DNA from: Alphaproteobacteria bacterium
GTDB taxonomy: Bacteria; Pseudomonadota; Alphaproteobacteria; UBA828
Length of the DNA stretch: 64,000 nucleotides
Reading direction: 5' to 3'
Assembly (NCBI GenBank): GCA_965214705.1
Contig: OZ243972.1
Location: 1,632,001-1,696,000 of the forward strand
The notes under the pieces are model-generated. The model saw nothing but the letters and a program-made list of their open reading frames with translations. It was not told the DNA's origin and did no database searches. The position numbers and the translations under genes are program-made. Within the stretch, counting starts at the first letter, position 1, and each line of letters begins with the position of its first letter. Of this stretch, positions 38,088-49,908 are shown piece by piece.

Positions 38088-38755
38088 GGCTGTGCTCCTG
38101 AGCTGTCTGAATGTCGAACCGTTGCGTCTCCCCTGGTCTTGCGTGACGGCGCCCGTCGCTGCTCCATCTTTCGACCGGCTTGGAAGATTGACCCACGGTC
38201 CAAAATCCTGCCGCCGCTGACGCAGAGGAGACCATCGGCATCAACGTCCGGACGCGATCGTACGGCCTCGCGCAGCCGAAGACTCGGCAATCCGTGCTCT
38301 TGAGCCACTTGATTCTCCCCCGTCCGATTGGTCCATTCTTAGGTTGTGAAGCAAGGAGTAGCACGCGGCTGCGCGTGTGCCACCAACTCAAGAAGGAAGG
38401 CGCTGCGGACCTCGTTACATGCCATATGGGTAGCGGGCATGTTGTAGCCGAAAAGCCACATGCCAACGTTGAATTCATTGTTGTCCCAGTCGTAGCTTGC
38501 CCATGCTCACCCACTCTCGGCTCGAGAGCTAATGAATGCCTTTCTCGCCTCCTCTACTCTCATCTCCAATTAATCCATGCCCCTGTCCCACAGGGTGACG
38601 AGCGTAGTCATCAGCCATTGACCGATCGGCCCAGGGTCCGCGCGCACGTCGTCTGCGCTTGAGACCAGCAGCACCGAGGCTGCAGCGACGAACCACTTCC
38701 GAAGCGTCCTCACTGTCGACTCTCCATCCTATGATATCGGGCAAGTCGTCGTCTC

Positions 38756-39073
38756 TCAGTCCAGACAATCGACCAAGGTCGACAGCATGGCGATCGGCAG
38801 GTCGTAGAAATTCCCGAGCCCCTTGGTGTACACTCGGAAATTCCTGCTGCTGCTCGTGGCGTTGTAGGACACGTTGATTACGTCCGCTTTGCGGAAGCTC
38901 CATATCGCCGTCGAGGTGCCGGCGGTCACGAACTCATTGCCGCAGTCGAAAATCGCGTCCGGGCCTCTCAACGCCTCGGGTGTGAGCGGCACGATGGGCG
39001 GTTCGGCTGCCGCCTGCGCCGCAGTTGGAGCCGCCAGCATGATGGTTGTGAGCATGGCGTATAGTGCTCTCAT
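38756..39073 (-). CDS. Small secreted hypothetical protein
   Basis: RBS AGGAG, signal peptide, two Cys. Confidence 0.6.
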   Translation of the reverse strand: MRALYAMLTTIMLAAPTAAQAAAEPPIVPLTPEALRGPDAIFDCGNEFVTAGTSTAIWSFRKADVINVSYNATSSSRNFRVYTKGLGNFYDLPIAMLSTLVDCLD

Positions 39074-39321
39074 CGCGTGCTCCTGATGAGAAAGAAGACC
39101 CGCGCGCCGAAGAAGCCAGGACTGCGCGCGGGTCCAAGTTCATCCCGTTTTTACACATGGGCTCTCGCACTCCATGCGTCGCGCTGCGGGACGGATGTTA
39201 AGGCCCACGTGCGATGCGCGACACACGTGGACCCTGAGGCACCTTGAGCCCGCACAGTAGGGCTCACGAGGACAGGGATCAGGTGCCTCAGCTGCAGCAC
39301 CACTTTCCCTTGCGGTTCCAT

Positions 39322-39594
39322 TCAGACAATCAGATTGGCTGCTACGGCCACGCCGACGATGATGCCGACCACGAGCGCTGCCAGTGTCATCAACACGCGG
39401 TGCTCTGAGCGCCGCAGTTCGTCCTTGGTGGCGTAGTCTGCCCGATTATTCGGCGGCCAGCGCTCCATCTCAATCAGCTTCTTCTCGATGTGCGGGTCGG
39501 GATCGCGGCCCTTGAGGATCTGCTCCTCGCGCCAGCACAGCCAGATGTGGTCCAGAAGGTGCAACCACGGGGGCGAAGGACGATCATCGGTCAT
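39322..39594 (-). CDS. Small hypothetical protein with C-terminal TM helix
   Basis: YATKDEL motif followed by a hydrophobic tail. Confidence 0.5.
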   Translation of the reverse strand: MTDDRPSPPWLHLLDHIWLCWREEQILKGRDPDPHIEKKLIEMERWPPNNRADYATKDELRRSEHRVLMTLAALVVGIIVGVAVAANLIV

Positions 39595-39641
39595 TGGGTG
39601 AAGTCGGCGGCGTCCGTCGTTCCCATCGCCCAGCCCCCAGC

Positions 39642-39795
39642 GAACCCGTTTCCTCTCTATTCGAGCGGTGTATCATATTCATAACGTAATCCATGGCAAG
39701 GAATTGGTGAAATAATCGACGCTTCGAGACAAAAAACTGTATCACACGGCCGAAGAATATCTCTTCAGCATCTCTTATCTTTGAGCTAAAGTATC
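39642..39795. promoter_or_regulatory. AT-rich intergenic module, copy 2
   Basis: Similar to 22122-22285. Confidence 0.55.
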
Positions 39796-39887
39796 TTTGT
39801 AGTAACCTTCTACCAGATCCTCAGGCGGCGCGGCGGCCGACAGGGAGGATCGAGCCTGGACGGAACGCGGCGAAGCGGCGCCGCGAT

Positions 39888-39966
39888 GGGTTTCGCATCC
39901 GCGGCGCCATGGCCCGGCGCAACCCGGGCATCCTTCCGTGCAGCCTGTCGCAGCCGGGCTTCTCTC
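39888..39966. repeat. 79-bp direct repeat, copy 2
   Basis: 74/79 identical to 36148-36226. Confidence 0.9.
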
Positions 39967-39983
39967 CACGGCGGCCCGGTCCA

Positions 39984-40733
39984 TCACCGCCCCAGGTCGA
40001 GTTCCCGGCCCGAACTCCTTTGCCGCGAGAGCAGTTTCGGCTCCCTGGCAGGCGCCTTCGTGCGCTGACGATCCTTCCCCGCGCCGTCCGGGGCGCCGCG
40101 TTTCGGCCCCTTCTCGCGGCGCGGCACGGGCTCCGCCGCCTTGCCGGACGCCGCGCGTTTCATCTCGCCGATGGCTTCGAGCGCCGCGATGCGCTCGCCG
40201 GTGACGGCCTGGAGCTTCGTGCGAAGCTCGGCCGCGTCGTCGGTCACAGCTCCGCGCGGTCGCGCGCGCGGCTGATCTCGACGTAGAAACTCTTCTGCGT
40301 GGTGAGATGGGCATGCCGCGCCTCCATGGCGGCGATCACGTTGTCCACGGTGCGGCCCTGGAAGGCGTGGACGGTGAACGCCCAGGCATGGTCGAGATGG
40401 CGCAGCTGGGGATCGCCCTTGCCGAGTTCCAGCATCTTCCCGTCCTCCAGGCGGAACGCCACCCGCCCGTCTTTGATCGCAACCACCTCCGCCGCCCGGC
40501 TGTTGACCAGGCCGAGGTCGGCGTCGTTGCGGGTCCAGCGGATCCGGTCGCCGGCCCGGAGCACGATACCCTCGGCCCGGTAGACCTCGCTGCCGCCCCT
40601 GCGTCCGCCGATTTCGGTCGGCTTCCAGGCGACCCGACCGCCGTGGCGATCGTCGAGCAGCACCGCGCGGAACCTGTGGTCGACGCCGATCACCCGCCGC
40701 TTGTCGCCCTTCTCGACGCCGACCCTCTTGTAG
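39984..40733 (-). pseudogene. TrwC/TraI-type relaxase-helicase C-terminal fragment
   Basis: GDRIRWTRND, HAWAFTVHAFQGRT, FYVEISRAR; frameshift near 40246 (AEL|VTDD). Confidence 0.85.
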
Positions 40734-40849
40734 GGACATCGGCAGCGCAGTCCAATTCCGGCCGCGCGGTGAGGAACAACTCTTCGACCGTTCGCGGGCC
40801 TGGGAGGGGCTCGGTGTCTACCGGTCGAGAAGGTCGCGCAGCACCCGGG

Positions 40850-41500
40850 CCCGCGTGGGATGCTTGAGCCTCCGCAGCCTTGCCTTCGATCTAGCGGATA
40901 CGCTCCCGCGTCATCGAGAACTGCTCGCCCACTTCCTCGAGTGTGTAGTCACGCTTCGTGCCGATGCCGAAGCGCATGCGCAGCACCCGTTCCTCCCTCG
41001 CTGTCAGGTTGCCCAGCGTGCGGGTGATCGTCTCGCGCAGGTCGGCACCCATCGCCGCGTCCACAGGCTGCTCCGCTGCTTTATCCTCAATCAGATCGCC
41101 CAGACGCAGGTCCCCGTCGATTCCGAGCGGTGTCTCGAGACTCTTCGGCTTTGCGGCCGCCGCAGCCTTCAGTGCCTGGTGCACCGTGTCGAGCGACATG
41201 CCGGTACGTTTGGCGAGCTCCTCCGGTGTTGGGGCACGCCGGAGCTCGCGGCGCAAGAGCCAGGACGCACGCCTCAGCTTCGTGACAGTTTCCACCATGT
41301 GAACCGGAACTCGGACCGTGCTTGCGGTGTCCGCGATCGACTGCCGGATCCACCAGCTGGCGTAGGTCCAGAATTTGAAGCCCTTACGGTAGTCGAACTT
41401 GCCCACCGCCCTCATCAGGCCGGTGTCGCCTTCCTGAATCAGGTCCGGCAGCGCCAGCTCCCGGTTCTGGTTGAGGTACTACCTGCGAGACGACGGCACC
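40850..41500 (-). pseudogene. RpoD-type sigma70 regions 2-4 fragment
   Basis: [21 protein letters not shown]...TRERIR then TAG at 40891-40893; no N-terminus. Confidence 0.85.
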
Positions 41501-41670
41501 AACGTCCAGAAGGACCAAAGCGGGAGGTCTGCTGGTGGCCCGCCGTCGCATCCGCTAGTCATGACGCGTCCTATTCGTAGGCTCGACTGCTGAGTAACCG
41601 TTCGTCGCTTCTTCAAAACCACGCCAGCCAATCCAACACCGGATAGCCGAAGGCTTTCCGGTTCCTGCGG

Positions 41671-42261
41671 CTATTGCCAGCCCTCCACACCCGCCATGTC
41701 CGGAAGGCGATGGGCGATTCCCTTGTGGCAGTCGACGCAGGTCTTCTCGCCCGTGAGCAGGAAGGTCTCGTGCGCCTCGGCGGCCCGCGCGCTCTGGAGG
41801 CTGATGTCCATGGACTCCGACGAGTGGCAGTTGCGGCATTCCAGGGAGTTGTTCGCCTTAAGGCGAGACCACTCGCGGGTGGCCATGGCCAACCTGTGCG
41901 CCTCGAATTCCTCGGGCGTGTCGATGACTCCGAAGATCGTGCCCCAGAGCTCCTTGGTCGCCTGGACCTTGCGGGCGACCTTGTCCGTCCACGCGTGGGG
42001 AACGTGACAGTCCGGGCATGACGCGCGCACGCCGGATGCGTTGGCGTAATGAACGGTCGTCTGAAGCTCGGCGTAGACATTGTCGCGCATCTCGTGGCAC
42101 GAGATGCAGAAGCCCTCGGTATTGGTAAGCTCCAGCGCGGTGTTGAATCCGCCCCAGAAGACGATCCCGGCAACGAACCCGCCGAGCGACAGAAGCCCTA
42201 GGCTGAAATACTTGCTGGGGCGCCGGATGGTCCTCCAATAGGCCCGGAGCGGCTTGAACAT
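41671..42261 (-). CDS. napC: NapC tetraheme cytochrome c
   Basis: Four CxxCH and an N-terminal TM helix. Confidence 0.95.
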   Translation of the reverse strand: MFKPLRAYWRTIRRPSKYFSLGLLSLGGFVAGIVFWGGFNTALELTNTEGFCISCHEMRDNVYAELQTTVHYANASGVRASCPDCHVPHAWTDKVARKVQATKELWGTIFGVIDTPEEFEAHRLAMATREWSRLKANNSLECRNCHSSESMDISLQSARAAEAHETFLLTGEKTCVDCHKGIAHRLPDMAGVEGWQ

Positions 42262-42265
42262 CCCG

Positions 42266-42730
42266 TCAGTCCGAAGTTTCTTGGGCGCCGGCGCGCAGAA
42301 GGGTATCGATGTCGATGAACTCGTTCTCGATCATGAGCTTCACGTCGCGCTGCGCGACATGGCACTGGGTGCAGAAGTAGCGCTGTGGCGTGATCGCCGC
42401 GCGGAACTGGTTGTCGCGGTCCATGAAGTGGGTGATCGAGACCATCGGCGCGCCGCTTTCGCCGGTGCGGGCGCGGGCGTGGCATGACAGGCACCTGTTG
42501 GAGCGGAGGTCGATCCGGTAGCCCTCAATGTCGTGCGGGATGACCGGGGGCTGCTCGGGATAGTTCCGCACCTCGCGCCGATCGCTCTCGTGGAAGCCGG
42601 TCATGAGCGGGGCCTCGGATTCCGCCGTCAACGGCGTGCCGCCGCGCAGGGTCGCGATCGGATCGGCCGCCCAGACAGCGGGGGTCGACGCGAGCACCGC
42701 AATAGCGGCGAAGGCGAGAAGTCTTCTCAT
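42266..42730 (-). CDS. napB: NapB diheme cytochrome c
   Basis: QPPVIPH, CLSCH, CTQCH. Confidence 0.95.
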   Translation of the reverse strand: MRRLLAFAAIAVLASTPAVWAADPIATLRGGTPLTAESEAPLMTGFHESDRREVRNYPEQPPVIPHDIEGYRIDLRSNRCLSCHARARTGESGAPMVSITHFMDRDNQFRAAITPQRYFCTQCHVAQRDVKLMIENEFIDIDTLLRAGAQETSD

Positions 42731-42743
42731 CTGTCCGCCTCCC

Positions 42744-45248
42744 CTACGCCGCTTCCAGGCGCACGGCGCACTTCTTGAAATCCGTCTGCTTGGAGATCGG
42801 ATCGGTCGCGTCCAGCGTCACCTTGTTGATGAGCTGGCTGGCATCGAACCAGGGGACGAAGACAAGGCCGCGCGGCATCTTGTTGCGGCCGCGCGTCTCG
42901 ACGCGCGTGCGGATCTCTCCCCGCCGGGAGATCACGCGCACCTCGGAGCCGCGCCTCAGGCCCAGCTCCCTCGCGTCGTCCGGGTGCATGAAGCAGACGG
43001 CGTCGGGGAAGGCGCGGTAGAGCTCCGGCACCCGTTCCGTCATCGAGCCGGAATGCCAGTGCTCCAGCACGCGGCCGGTGGTGAGCCAGAAGGGGTATTC
43101 GTCGTCGGGGCTTTCCGCTGCCGGCTCCCAGGGCAGCGCGAATATGCGCGCCTTGCCGTCCGGCTTGCCGTAGAACTCCACGCCGGCGCCGGGGGTGACG
43201 TATGGATCGTAGCCTTCCCGGTAGCGCCAGAGCGTCTCCTTGCCGTCGACCACGGGCCAGCGCAGCCCGCGACTCGCGTGGTAGCTTTCGAACTCGGCGA
43301 GGTCGTGAGCGTGGCCGCGGCCGAAAGCGGCGTATTCCTCGAACAGGCCCTTCTGCACGTAGAAGCCGAAGTACTGGGATTCGTGGTTGGCGTACTCGGC
43401 GCTGGTCTCCTCCAGGGGAAAGGCGTCGACCTGCCCGTTGCGGAACAGCACGTCGAAGAGCGACTTGCCGCGCAGCGCCGGCGCCTTGGCGATCAGCTCC
43501 TCGGGCCAGACGTCTTCCACCGTGAAGCGCCTGGAAAACTCCATCACCTGCCAGAGATCGGAGCGCGACTCGCCGGGCGCGGGGACCATCTCGTGCCAGA
43601 ACTGCATGCGCCGCTCGGCATTGCCGTAGCCGCCCTCCTTCTCCACCCACATCGCCGTCGGCAGGATCAGGTCCGCGGCCTCCGCCGTCACCGTGGGATA
43701 GGCTTCGGAGACGACGATGAAGTTGTCGGGGTGGCGGTAGCCGGGATGGGTCTCCTCATTCATGTTGGCCGCGGCTTGCAGGTTGTTGTTCACCTGAATC
43801 CAGTAAGCGTTGAGTTCACCGTCGCGGAGCTTGCGGTTCTGCAGCACGGCGTGGAAGCCGGGCTTGCCCGGGATCGTGCCCTCGGGGAGCTTCCAGATCT
43901 TCTCCGCGACTGCCCGGTGCTCCGGGTTCTTCACGACCAGGTCGGCAGGCAGCCGGTGCGCGAAGGTGCCGACCTCCCGCGCCGTGCCGCAGGCGGACGG
44001 TTGCCCGGTGAGCGAGAAGGGCGAGTTGCCGGGCTCGGCGATCTTCCCGGTCAGCAGGTGGAGGTTGTAGATCAGGTTGTTGCACCAGACCCCGCGCACG
44101 TGCTGGTTGACCCCCATGGTCCAGAACGAGGTCACCTTGACGTCCGGGTCCGCGTAGAGCGCGGAGAGGGCCTCCAGGCGGTTCTTCGGCACGCCCGAAA
44201 CCTCATGCGCGCGCTCGAGCGTGTAGTCGGCCACGAAGGCGGCATACTCCTCGAAGGACATGTCCTCAGAACCGCCCGCCTTGCCGGCATTGGCAGCCGC
44301 CTGCTCCAGGGGATGGTCCGGCCTGAGCCCGTAGCCGATATCGGTGTTGCCGCGCCGGAACATGGTGTGCCGCGAGACGAAGTCCTCGTTCACGGCGCCG
44401 CTCTGGATGATGCGGTTGGCGATGTAGTTGAGGATCGCCAGGTCGCTCTGCGGCTCGAACACCATCGGGATATCGGCGAGGTCGAAGCAGCGATGCTCGA
44501 AGGTCGACAACACCGCGACCTTCACATGCGGCGCGGAAAGCCGCCGGTCGGTCACCCGCGTCCACAGGATCGGGTGCATCTCGGCCATGTTGGAGCCCCA
44601 GAGCACGAAGGCGTCCGCATGCTCGAGGTCGTCGTAGCAGCCCATCGGCTCGTCCATGCCGAAGGTGCGGATGAAGCCCGCCACTGCGGACGCCATACAG
44701 TGACGCGCGTTGGGCTCGATGTTGTTCGAGCGGAACCCCGCCTTCATCAGCTTGGCGGCGGCGTAGCCTTCCCACACCGTCCACTGGCCGGAGCCGAACA
44801 TGCCCACCGCCGTCGGACCCTTGGCCTTGAGCACGGCCTTCCACTTCTCTGCCATGACGTCGAACGCCTGGTCCCAGGTGACCGGCGTGAACTCGCCCTC
44901 CTTGTGGAACTGCCCGTCCCTCATGCGCAGCAGAGGCGTCGTCAGACGGTCCTCTCCGTAGAAGATCTTGGAGAGGAAGTAGCCCTTGACGCAGTTGAGG
45001 CCGCGATTGACCGGGGAGAGCACGTCGCCATGGGTCGCCACCACCCGGCCGGCCTTGGTCGCGACCATCACCGAGCACCCTGTCCCGCAGAAGCGGCACG
45101 GCGCCTTCGACCACTTGAGCCCGGTGCGGTCGGCTTCGGTCACCAGGTTGGCGGCCTTGGCGGGGAGGGTAATCCCGGCCACCGCCGCGGCCACGCTGGC
45201 CGCCTTGGCCTTCAGAACGTCACGCCGGGTGAACTTTGCCTTCAGCAT
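42744..45248 (-). CDS. napA: Periplasmic nitrate reductase catalytic subunit
   Basis: Tat [32 protein letters not shown]. Confidence 0.97.
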   Translation of the reverse strand: MLKAKFTRRDVLKAKAASVAAAVAGITLPAKAANLVTEADRTGLKWSKAPCRFCGTGCSVMVATKAGRVVATHGDVLSPVNRGLNCVKGYFLSKIFYGEDRLTTPLLRMRDGQFHKEGEFTPVTWDQAFDVMAEKWKAVLKAKGPTAVGMFGSGQWTVWEGYAAAKLMKAGFRSNNIEPNARHCMASAVAGFIRTFGMDEPMGCYDDLEHADAFVLWGSNMAEMHPILWTRVTDRRLSAPHVKVAVLSTFEHRCFDLADIPMVFEPQSDLAILNYIANRIIQSGAVNEDFVSRHTMFRRGNTDIGYGLRPDHPLEQAAANAGKAGGSEDMSFEEYAAFVADYTLERAHEVSGVPKNRLEALSALYADPDVKVTSFWTMGVNQHVRGVWCNNLIYNLHLLTGKIAEPGNSPFSLTGQPSACGTAREVGTFAHRLPADLVVKNPEHRAVAEKIWKLPEGTIPGKPGFHAVLQNRKLRDGELNAYWIQVNNNLQAAANMNEETHPGYRHPDNFIVVSEAYPTVTAEAADLILPTAMWVEKEGGYGNAERRMQFWHEMVPAPGESRSDLWQVMEFSRRFTVEDVWPEELIAKAPALRGKSLFDVLFRNGQVDAFPLEETSAEYANHESQYFGFYVQKGLFEEYAAFGRGHAHDLAEFESYHASRGLRWPVVDGKETLWRYREGYDPYVTPGAGVEFYGKPDGKARIFALPWEPAAESPDDEYPFWLTTGRVLEHWHSGSMTERVPELYRAFPDAVCFMHPDDARELGLRRGSEVRVISRRGEIRTRVETRGRNKMPRGLVFVPWFDASQLINKVTLDATDPISKQTDFKKCAVRLEAA

Positions 45249-45552
45249 CGTGCGTATCCCCTTCGCTCCTCCGGCCAGGATCGGCGACACCTCGTGCCGG
45301 ATCGGAGTGGTGAAAGACGAGATTGACGCTGAGCACGCCGGGAAACGCGCCGATCCGGTCGACGATGCGGACCAGCTCCGCGTCGCTTGGCGTCTCGATC
45401 ACCACGACAATCTTGCCGGCGCCGGTGCTGGCGTGAACCTCGGTCCCCGGGAGAGAGGAGATCGCCTCCTCCAGCCGCCCGTGATCTTCCATGCGCGCCT
45501 GCACCAGAAGGCTGGAGATGGTGAGGCCGTCGGCTTCGCAGTTCGTGGACAC
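45220..45552 (-). CDS. napD: NapD chaperone
   Basis: [24 protein letters not shown]. Confidence 0.9.
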   Translation of the reverse strand: MSTNCEADGLTISSLLVQARMEDHGRLEEAISSLPGTEVHASTGAGKIVVVIETPSDAELVRIVDRIGAFPGVLSVNLVFHHSDPARGVADPGRRSEGDTHDAEGKVHPA

Positions 45553-45568
45553 CCGCCTTCTTCCCTCG

Positions 45569-45847
45569 CTAGCCCAGTGCGATGGCGTCCGCCGGACAGG
45601 CCCGTACGCAGTCGCCGCATCCGGTGCACCGTCCTGTATCCACGAGGATTCGTGCGCTGCCCCCGAGGGTCGGCGTCGCGCGAAGGGCGGCCGCAGCGCA
45701 GGCATCGGCGCACGAGCGGCAATAGACGCCGCGCGCTGCCAGACAGCTCTCCGATATCGTGGGTGTGGATGCCCCGCTCGGGGCCCGGCGCGCGCCTCCA
45801 AGGAAGCCGCGTCGCGAAATCGACTGTGTGCCGGGCTCGCGCTGCAT
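45569..45847 (-). CDS. napF: Short NapF ferredoxin
   Basis: SRRGFL; CRSCADAC and CTGCGDCVRACP. Confidence 0.85.
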   Translation of the reverse strand: MQREPGTQSISRRGFLGGARRAPSGASTPTISESCLAARGVYCRSCADACAAAALRATPTLGGSARILVDTGRCTGCGDCVRACPADAIALG

Positions 45848-46026
45848 CAGACCGCCGGCCCCTGCGGCCCTCCGAGCAAATCGGCGATCCAGATTCCCAG
45901 CCCGAGGGCGCCCACGATCGCGATTGAGATCGCCGGCAGGAGAACGATCACCAGGAAGAGAAAGGACCGAAGCTCCCGCGCTCGCTCCAGCTTGATATCG
46001 TCAGTCCCGGGTTGATCCGACCCCAC
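45847..46026 (-). CDS. napE: NapE membrane protein
   Basis: ELRSFLFL...P..SI..VG..G..W; GGAGGT RBS with GTG start. Confidence 0.85.
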   Translation of the reverse strand: MGSDQPGTDDIKLERARELRSFLFLVIVLLPAISIAIVGALGLGIWIADLLGGPQGPAV

Positions 46027-46118
46027 GTCACCTCCCAACACGTTCTCTGCATGTCCAAGAGTTGAACGACTTCATCCTCTCGCTGTTGCGGATTGTAGAA
46101 TGAGGCGTGTGGTTCCCT

Positions 46119-46132
46119 TTGACATGCGTCAA
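46119..46132 (-). promoter_or_regulatory. FNR/FixK-type box of the nap promoter
   Basis: TTGAC-ATGC-GTCAA with TACAAT -10 (minus strand, 46097-46092) at class II spacing. Confidence 0.8.
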
Positions 46133-46447
46133 TGCCTGCCCCGGACAATCGGCGTCTCGCCGCTCCGGTGACTCGGGCGGACCCTGGCGTTACACCGCAC
46201 CCACAGCATCGCCTCCAAACGCTAGGTTCTTGTGCAGCGCCGCGCCGGCGGGACGCTCCACTGCCCTGCACGCTCGACGGAGACGAAGTGGGTGTGGGAG
46301 GTGACTGGTCGCACAGCCAGCCCGATAAAATGCGGCGAGGATCGTCGCGAGGCCATTGAGACTCTCCGCGCCATGCGTCGGGTTACGTGGAAAGCGCGCC
46401 TGAATGCTTGCGCCGCCATGACAGGGCCGTGCCGACACTCTCGGAGA

Positions 46448-46461
46448 TTGATCTGTCGCAA
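46448..46461 (+). promoter_or_regulatory. FNR/FixK-like box upstream of usp
   Basis: TTGAT-CTGT-CGCAA. Confidence 0.6.
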
Positions 46462-46548
46462 ACCTGAAGGATCGAGAATTTCATAAAGTAAGTCAGATGG
46501 GGCACCGCTCTAAGATAATCGCCCATGACCCAGATCGGAGAGTGATCG

Positions 46549-46989
46549 ATGTTCAAGACGATTCTCGCAGCGTATGACGGCTCCGACCACGCCGATAAGG
46601 CGGTGACGATGGCGGGAGACCTGGCCGCGAAGTACGGTGCGACGCTCCATCTCGCCAGGGTGGTGGACCACAGCCATGCACCGAGAGAAGTAGCGGAATT
46701 CGCCGCCCAGGAGCATGTCGAGAGTCCCGATCGGGTCGAGGAACACGCCGTGGAAGAGCGCGAGTTCCAACCGCTCGCGGATCGACTGCACTCGGGCGAC
46801 TTGAACGTCGAGTGCGTCGTGCTGAGAGGTGAGCCGGCAAGCGCACTGATCGGATATGCGAACAACGTCGGCGCCGATCTCATCGTCATGGGGCGCCGCG
46901 GCCGCGGCCGCATGGAGGGTCTCGTCATCGGCAGCGTCTCCGCGAAGCTGACGAGCCACGCAAACTGCGCGGTGCTGACAATCAAGTAG
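46549..46989 (+). CDS. Universal stress protein
   Basis: ILAAYDGS, DLIVMGRRG, GSVS. Confidence 0.93.
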   Translation: MFKTILAAYDGSDHADKAVTMAGDLAAKYGATLHLARVVDHSHAPREVAEFAAQEHVESPDRVEEHAVEEREFQPLADRLHSGDLNVECVVLRGEPASALIGYANNVGADLIVMGRRGRGRMEGLVIGSVSAKLTSHANCAVLTIK

Positions 46990-47478
46990 GAAGGGCCGCG
47001 TGACGGATTGGACGGCCGCTCGCGAGCGACAGGAGCGCCGGCGCTCGGAACTGCGCGAATCGCTCGCGCACTATCGGCGCGATCTGCGGACCGCCCGCAG
47101 CGCCGACTGGGAGTAGCGGGCGGTCGAAGCCCAGGGCGATGAGGTCCTCTAAGGTCTGGAACGTCTGCACTGCGCGAGATCGAACAAATCGATGCTGCCA
47201 TCAAGAGAATCGAGCTCGGGACTTGCGGCGAATGCCGGGTCTGAGGTGAGCCCATCGGCAGGCGGCGGCTCGACGCTCTGCCCTATGCCGTAAGCTGCAT
47301 CCGGTGCGCCGGCTCCGCCGCCCGCGGTTGAGCACGAAGCTCGATAGCGCACGTCTTCAGTCCGGGCGGATTGCCACAAGGCGATGAGCGGCTTGCAACG
47401 AGGGCCGTGGAGCTATGCACCGGCGCGGCTGGAGGGGTCGCCGGTCACGACTAGCCATCGCATGGCGGCTCGGCGCTC

Positions 47479-47492
47479 TTGATCGAGGTCAA
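47479..47492 (+). promoter_or_regulatory. FNR box upstream of ccoN
   Basis: TTGAT-CGAG-GTCAA. Confidence 0.8.
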
Positions 47493-47684
47493 CCATCCGA
47501 ACGTTCGATCGGGTAAGAACTTACGCACTGACTGAGATGCCGCCGTGCCCAGGCTTGTCGTGTACTAACGGCACGCGGGTCAAATCCCGATGGAGACGGG
47601 ATCGAGCTTTGGCTAGCATTGACTGGAGTCGGATCGAGACCGCTCGGTTATCAGGTTCCGATCGGCGGACGTGCAGGGGGTAGC

Positions 47685-49151
47685 GTGGCAGACACCGACG
47701 CCATTGCCGGCGAGCGCTACAACGAGACGGTGGTGCGGTGCTGCACCGTCGCCACGGTGTTCTGGGGCGTGGTCGGCTTCCTGGTCGGCCTCTATATCGC
47801 GCTGGAGCTCGCCTTCCCCGTCCTCAACTTCGACCTGCCGTGGCTGAGCTTCGGGCGCCTGCGCCCGGTGCACACGTCTGCGGTGATCTTCGCCTTCGGC
47901 GGCAACGCGCTGCTGGCGACGTCGTTCTACGTGGTCCAGCGCACTTGCCGGGCGCGCCTCTGGGGCGGGCCGCTCGCGATGTTCGTCTTCGTCGGCTACC
48001 AGATCTTCATCTGCCTCGCCGCCAGCGGCTACCTGCTGGGCTACACGCAGAGCAAGGAATACGCCGAGCCCGAGTGGTACACGGACGCCTGGCTCACGCT
48101 GGTCTGGGTGGTCTACCTCGCGGTCTTCCTGGGCACGCTGATCAAGCGCAAGGAGCCGCACATCTACGTCGCGAACTGGTTCTTCCTCGCCTTCATCGTG
48201 ACCGTCGCGATGCTGCATATCGTGAACGGGCTGAGCTGGCCGGTCTCCTTCCTCGGCACCAAGAGCTACTCGATGTTCGCCGGCGTGCAGGATGCGCTGA
48301 CCCAGTGGTGGTACGGCCACAATGCCGTGGGCTTCTTCCTGACTGCAGGCTTCCTCGGCATGATGTACTACTTCGTGCCGAAGCGCGCCGAGCGGCCTGT
48401 CTATTCGTACCGGCTCTCGATCGTCCACTTCTGGTCGCTGATCTTCCTCTACATCTGGGCGGGACCGCACCACCTGCACTACTCGGCGCTGCCGGACTGG
48501 GCGCAGACGCTGGGCATGACCTTCTCGGTCATGCTCTGGATGCCGTCCTGGGGCGGGATGATCAACGGCATCATGACGCTCTCCGGTGCCTGGCATAAGC
48601 TCCGCACCGACCCGGTGCTGCGCATGATGGTCACGGCCGTCGCGTTCTACGGCATGAGCACCTTCGAGGGGCCGCTCATGTCGATCAAGGCGGTCAATGC
48701 GCTCAGCCACTATACCGACTGGACCGTCGGCCACGTGCATTCCGGCGCGCTCGGCTGGGTCGCCTTCATCACCTTCGGCGCGGTCTACATGCTGGTGCCG
48801 GCGCTCTGGAACCGGCCGCGCCTCTACTCGATGAAGCTCGTCAGCGTGCACTTCTGGATCGCCACCATCGGGATCGTCTTCTACATCTCCGCGATGTGGG
48901 TCTCCGGCATCATGCAGGGGCTGATGTGGCGCGCCTACGACAGCCTGGGCTTCCTGCAGTACTCCTTCGCCGAGACCGTGGACGCGATGCACCCCTTCTA
49001 CGTGATCCGTGCGCTGGGCGGGCTGCTCTTCGTGATCGGCGCGCTGGTCATGGTCTACAACCTCTGGCGGACCACGCGCGGCGACATCCGCGCGAGCGAG
49101 CCCCTCGAAGCGCCGCGTCCCGCCCCTGTCGCCGCCGGCGCGCCGGCGTGA
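47685..49151 (+). CDS. ccoN: cbb3 oxidase subunit I
   Basis: [26 protein letters not shown]; GTG start inferred. Confidence 0.97.
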   Translation: MADTDAIAGERYNETVVRCCTVATVFWGVVGFLVGLYIALELAFPVLNFDLPWLSFGRLRPVHTSAVIFAFGGNALLATSFYVVQRTCRARLWGGPLAMFVFVGYQIFICLAASGYLLGYTQSKEYAEPEWYTDAWLTLVWVVYLAVFLGTLIKRKEPHIYVANWFFLAFIVTVAMLHIVNGLSWPVSFLGTKSYSMFAGVQDALTQWWYGHNAVGFFLTAGFLGMMYYFVPKRAERPVYSYRLSIVHFWSLIFLYIWAGPHHLHYSALPDWAQTLGMTFSVMLWMPSWGGMINGIMTLSGAWHKLRTDPVLRMMVTAVAFYGMSTFEGPLMSIKAVNALSHYTDWTVGHVHSGALGWVAFITFGAVYMLVPALWNRPRLYSMKLVSVHFWIATIGIVFYISAMWVSGIMQGLMWRAYDSLGFLQYSFAETVDAMHPFYVIRALGGLLFVIGALVMVYNLWRTTRGDIRASEPLEAPRPAPVAAGAPA

Positions 49152-49161
49152 GGGGGCGGCG

Positions 49162-49908
49162 ATGAGCCTGCATCGGGTCATCGAGCGCCACTCCTTCCTC
49201 ATGCTCGTGCTGATCCTCGTCACGGTCGCCATCGGGGGGATCGTGGAGATCGTGCCGCTGTTCACGCTTGAGAGCACGGTGCCCAAGGTGAAGGGGGTGC
49301 GCCCCTACTCGCCGCTGGAGCTCGCGGGCCGCAACATCTACGTGCGCGAGGGCTGCTACGTCTGCCACAGCCAGATGATCAGGCCCTTCCGCGACGAGGT
49401 GGAGCGCTACGGCCACTACTCGCTCGCGGCGGAGAGCATGTACGACCATCCGTTCCAGTGGGGATCGAAGCGGACCGGCCCCGATCTCGCGCGCGTCGGC
49501 GGGCGGTACTCCAACGACTGGCACGTCGCGCATTTTCTGGATCCGCGCGCCGTCGTGCCGGAATCGGTCATGCCGGGTTACGGCTATCTCGCGGAGTGGG
49601 AGCTCGGCTACGACGACATCGCCGCGCATCTGGAGACCAACCGCAACGTCGGCGTGCCCTACACCGACGAGATGATCGCGACTGCGGCCGACGACCTCGC
49701 CGCCCAGGCCGATCCCGACGGAGACCACGACGACCTTCTCGAACGCTACCCGAAGGCGGTCGTGGGCGACTTCGACGGCGACCCCGACTTCCTGAGCGAG
49801 ATGGACGCGATCATCGCCTATCTGCAGATGCTCGGCACGCTGGTGGACTTCACCAGCTACCGGCCCGAGTATCTGGACGCGGCGGCCGAGCCGGAGCCGA
49901 ACGAATGA
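49162..49908 (+). CDS. ccoO: cbb3 oxidase subunit II
   Basis: [23 protein letters not shown]. Confidence 0.97.
   Translation: MSLHRVIERHSFLMLVLILVTVAIGGIVEIVPLFTLESTVPKVKGVRPYSPLELAGRNIYVREGCYVCHSQMIRPFRDEVERYGHYSLAAESMYDHPFQWGSKRTGPDLARVGGRYSNDWHVAHFLDPRAVVPESVMPGYGYLAEWELGYDDIAAHLETNRNVGVPYTDEMIATAADDLAAQADPDGDHDDLLERYPKAVVGDFDGDPDFLSEMDAIIAYLQMLGTLVDFTSYRPEYLDAAAEPEPNE

Noticed and set aside
42603-45326. 907-aa ORF antisense to napA, and similar long shadow ORFs (22255-24741, 8202-10331, 47613-49286)
   Set aside because: Opposite-strand shadows of well-supported genes in high-GC DNA, with no recognisable motifs.
46990-47460. Possible gene between usp and ccoN
   Set aside because: Only short ORFs with no family I can recognise.
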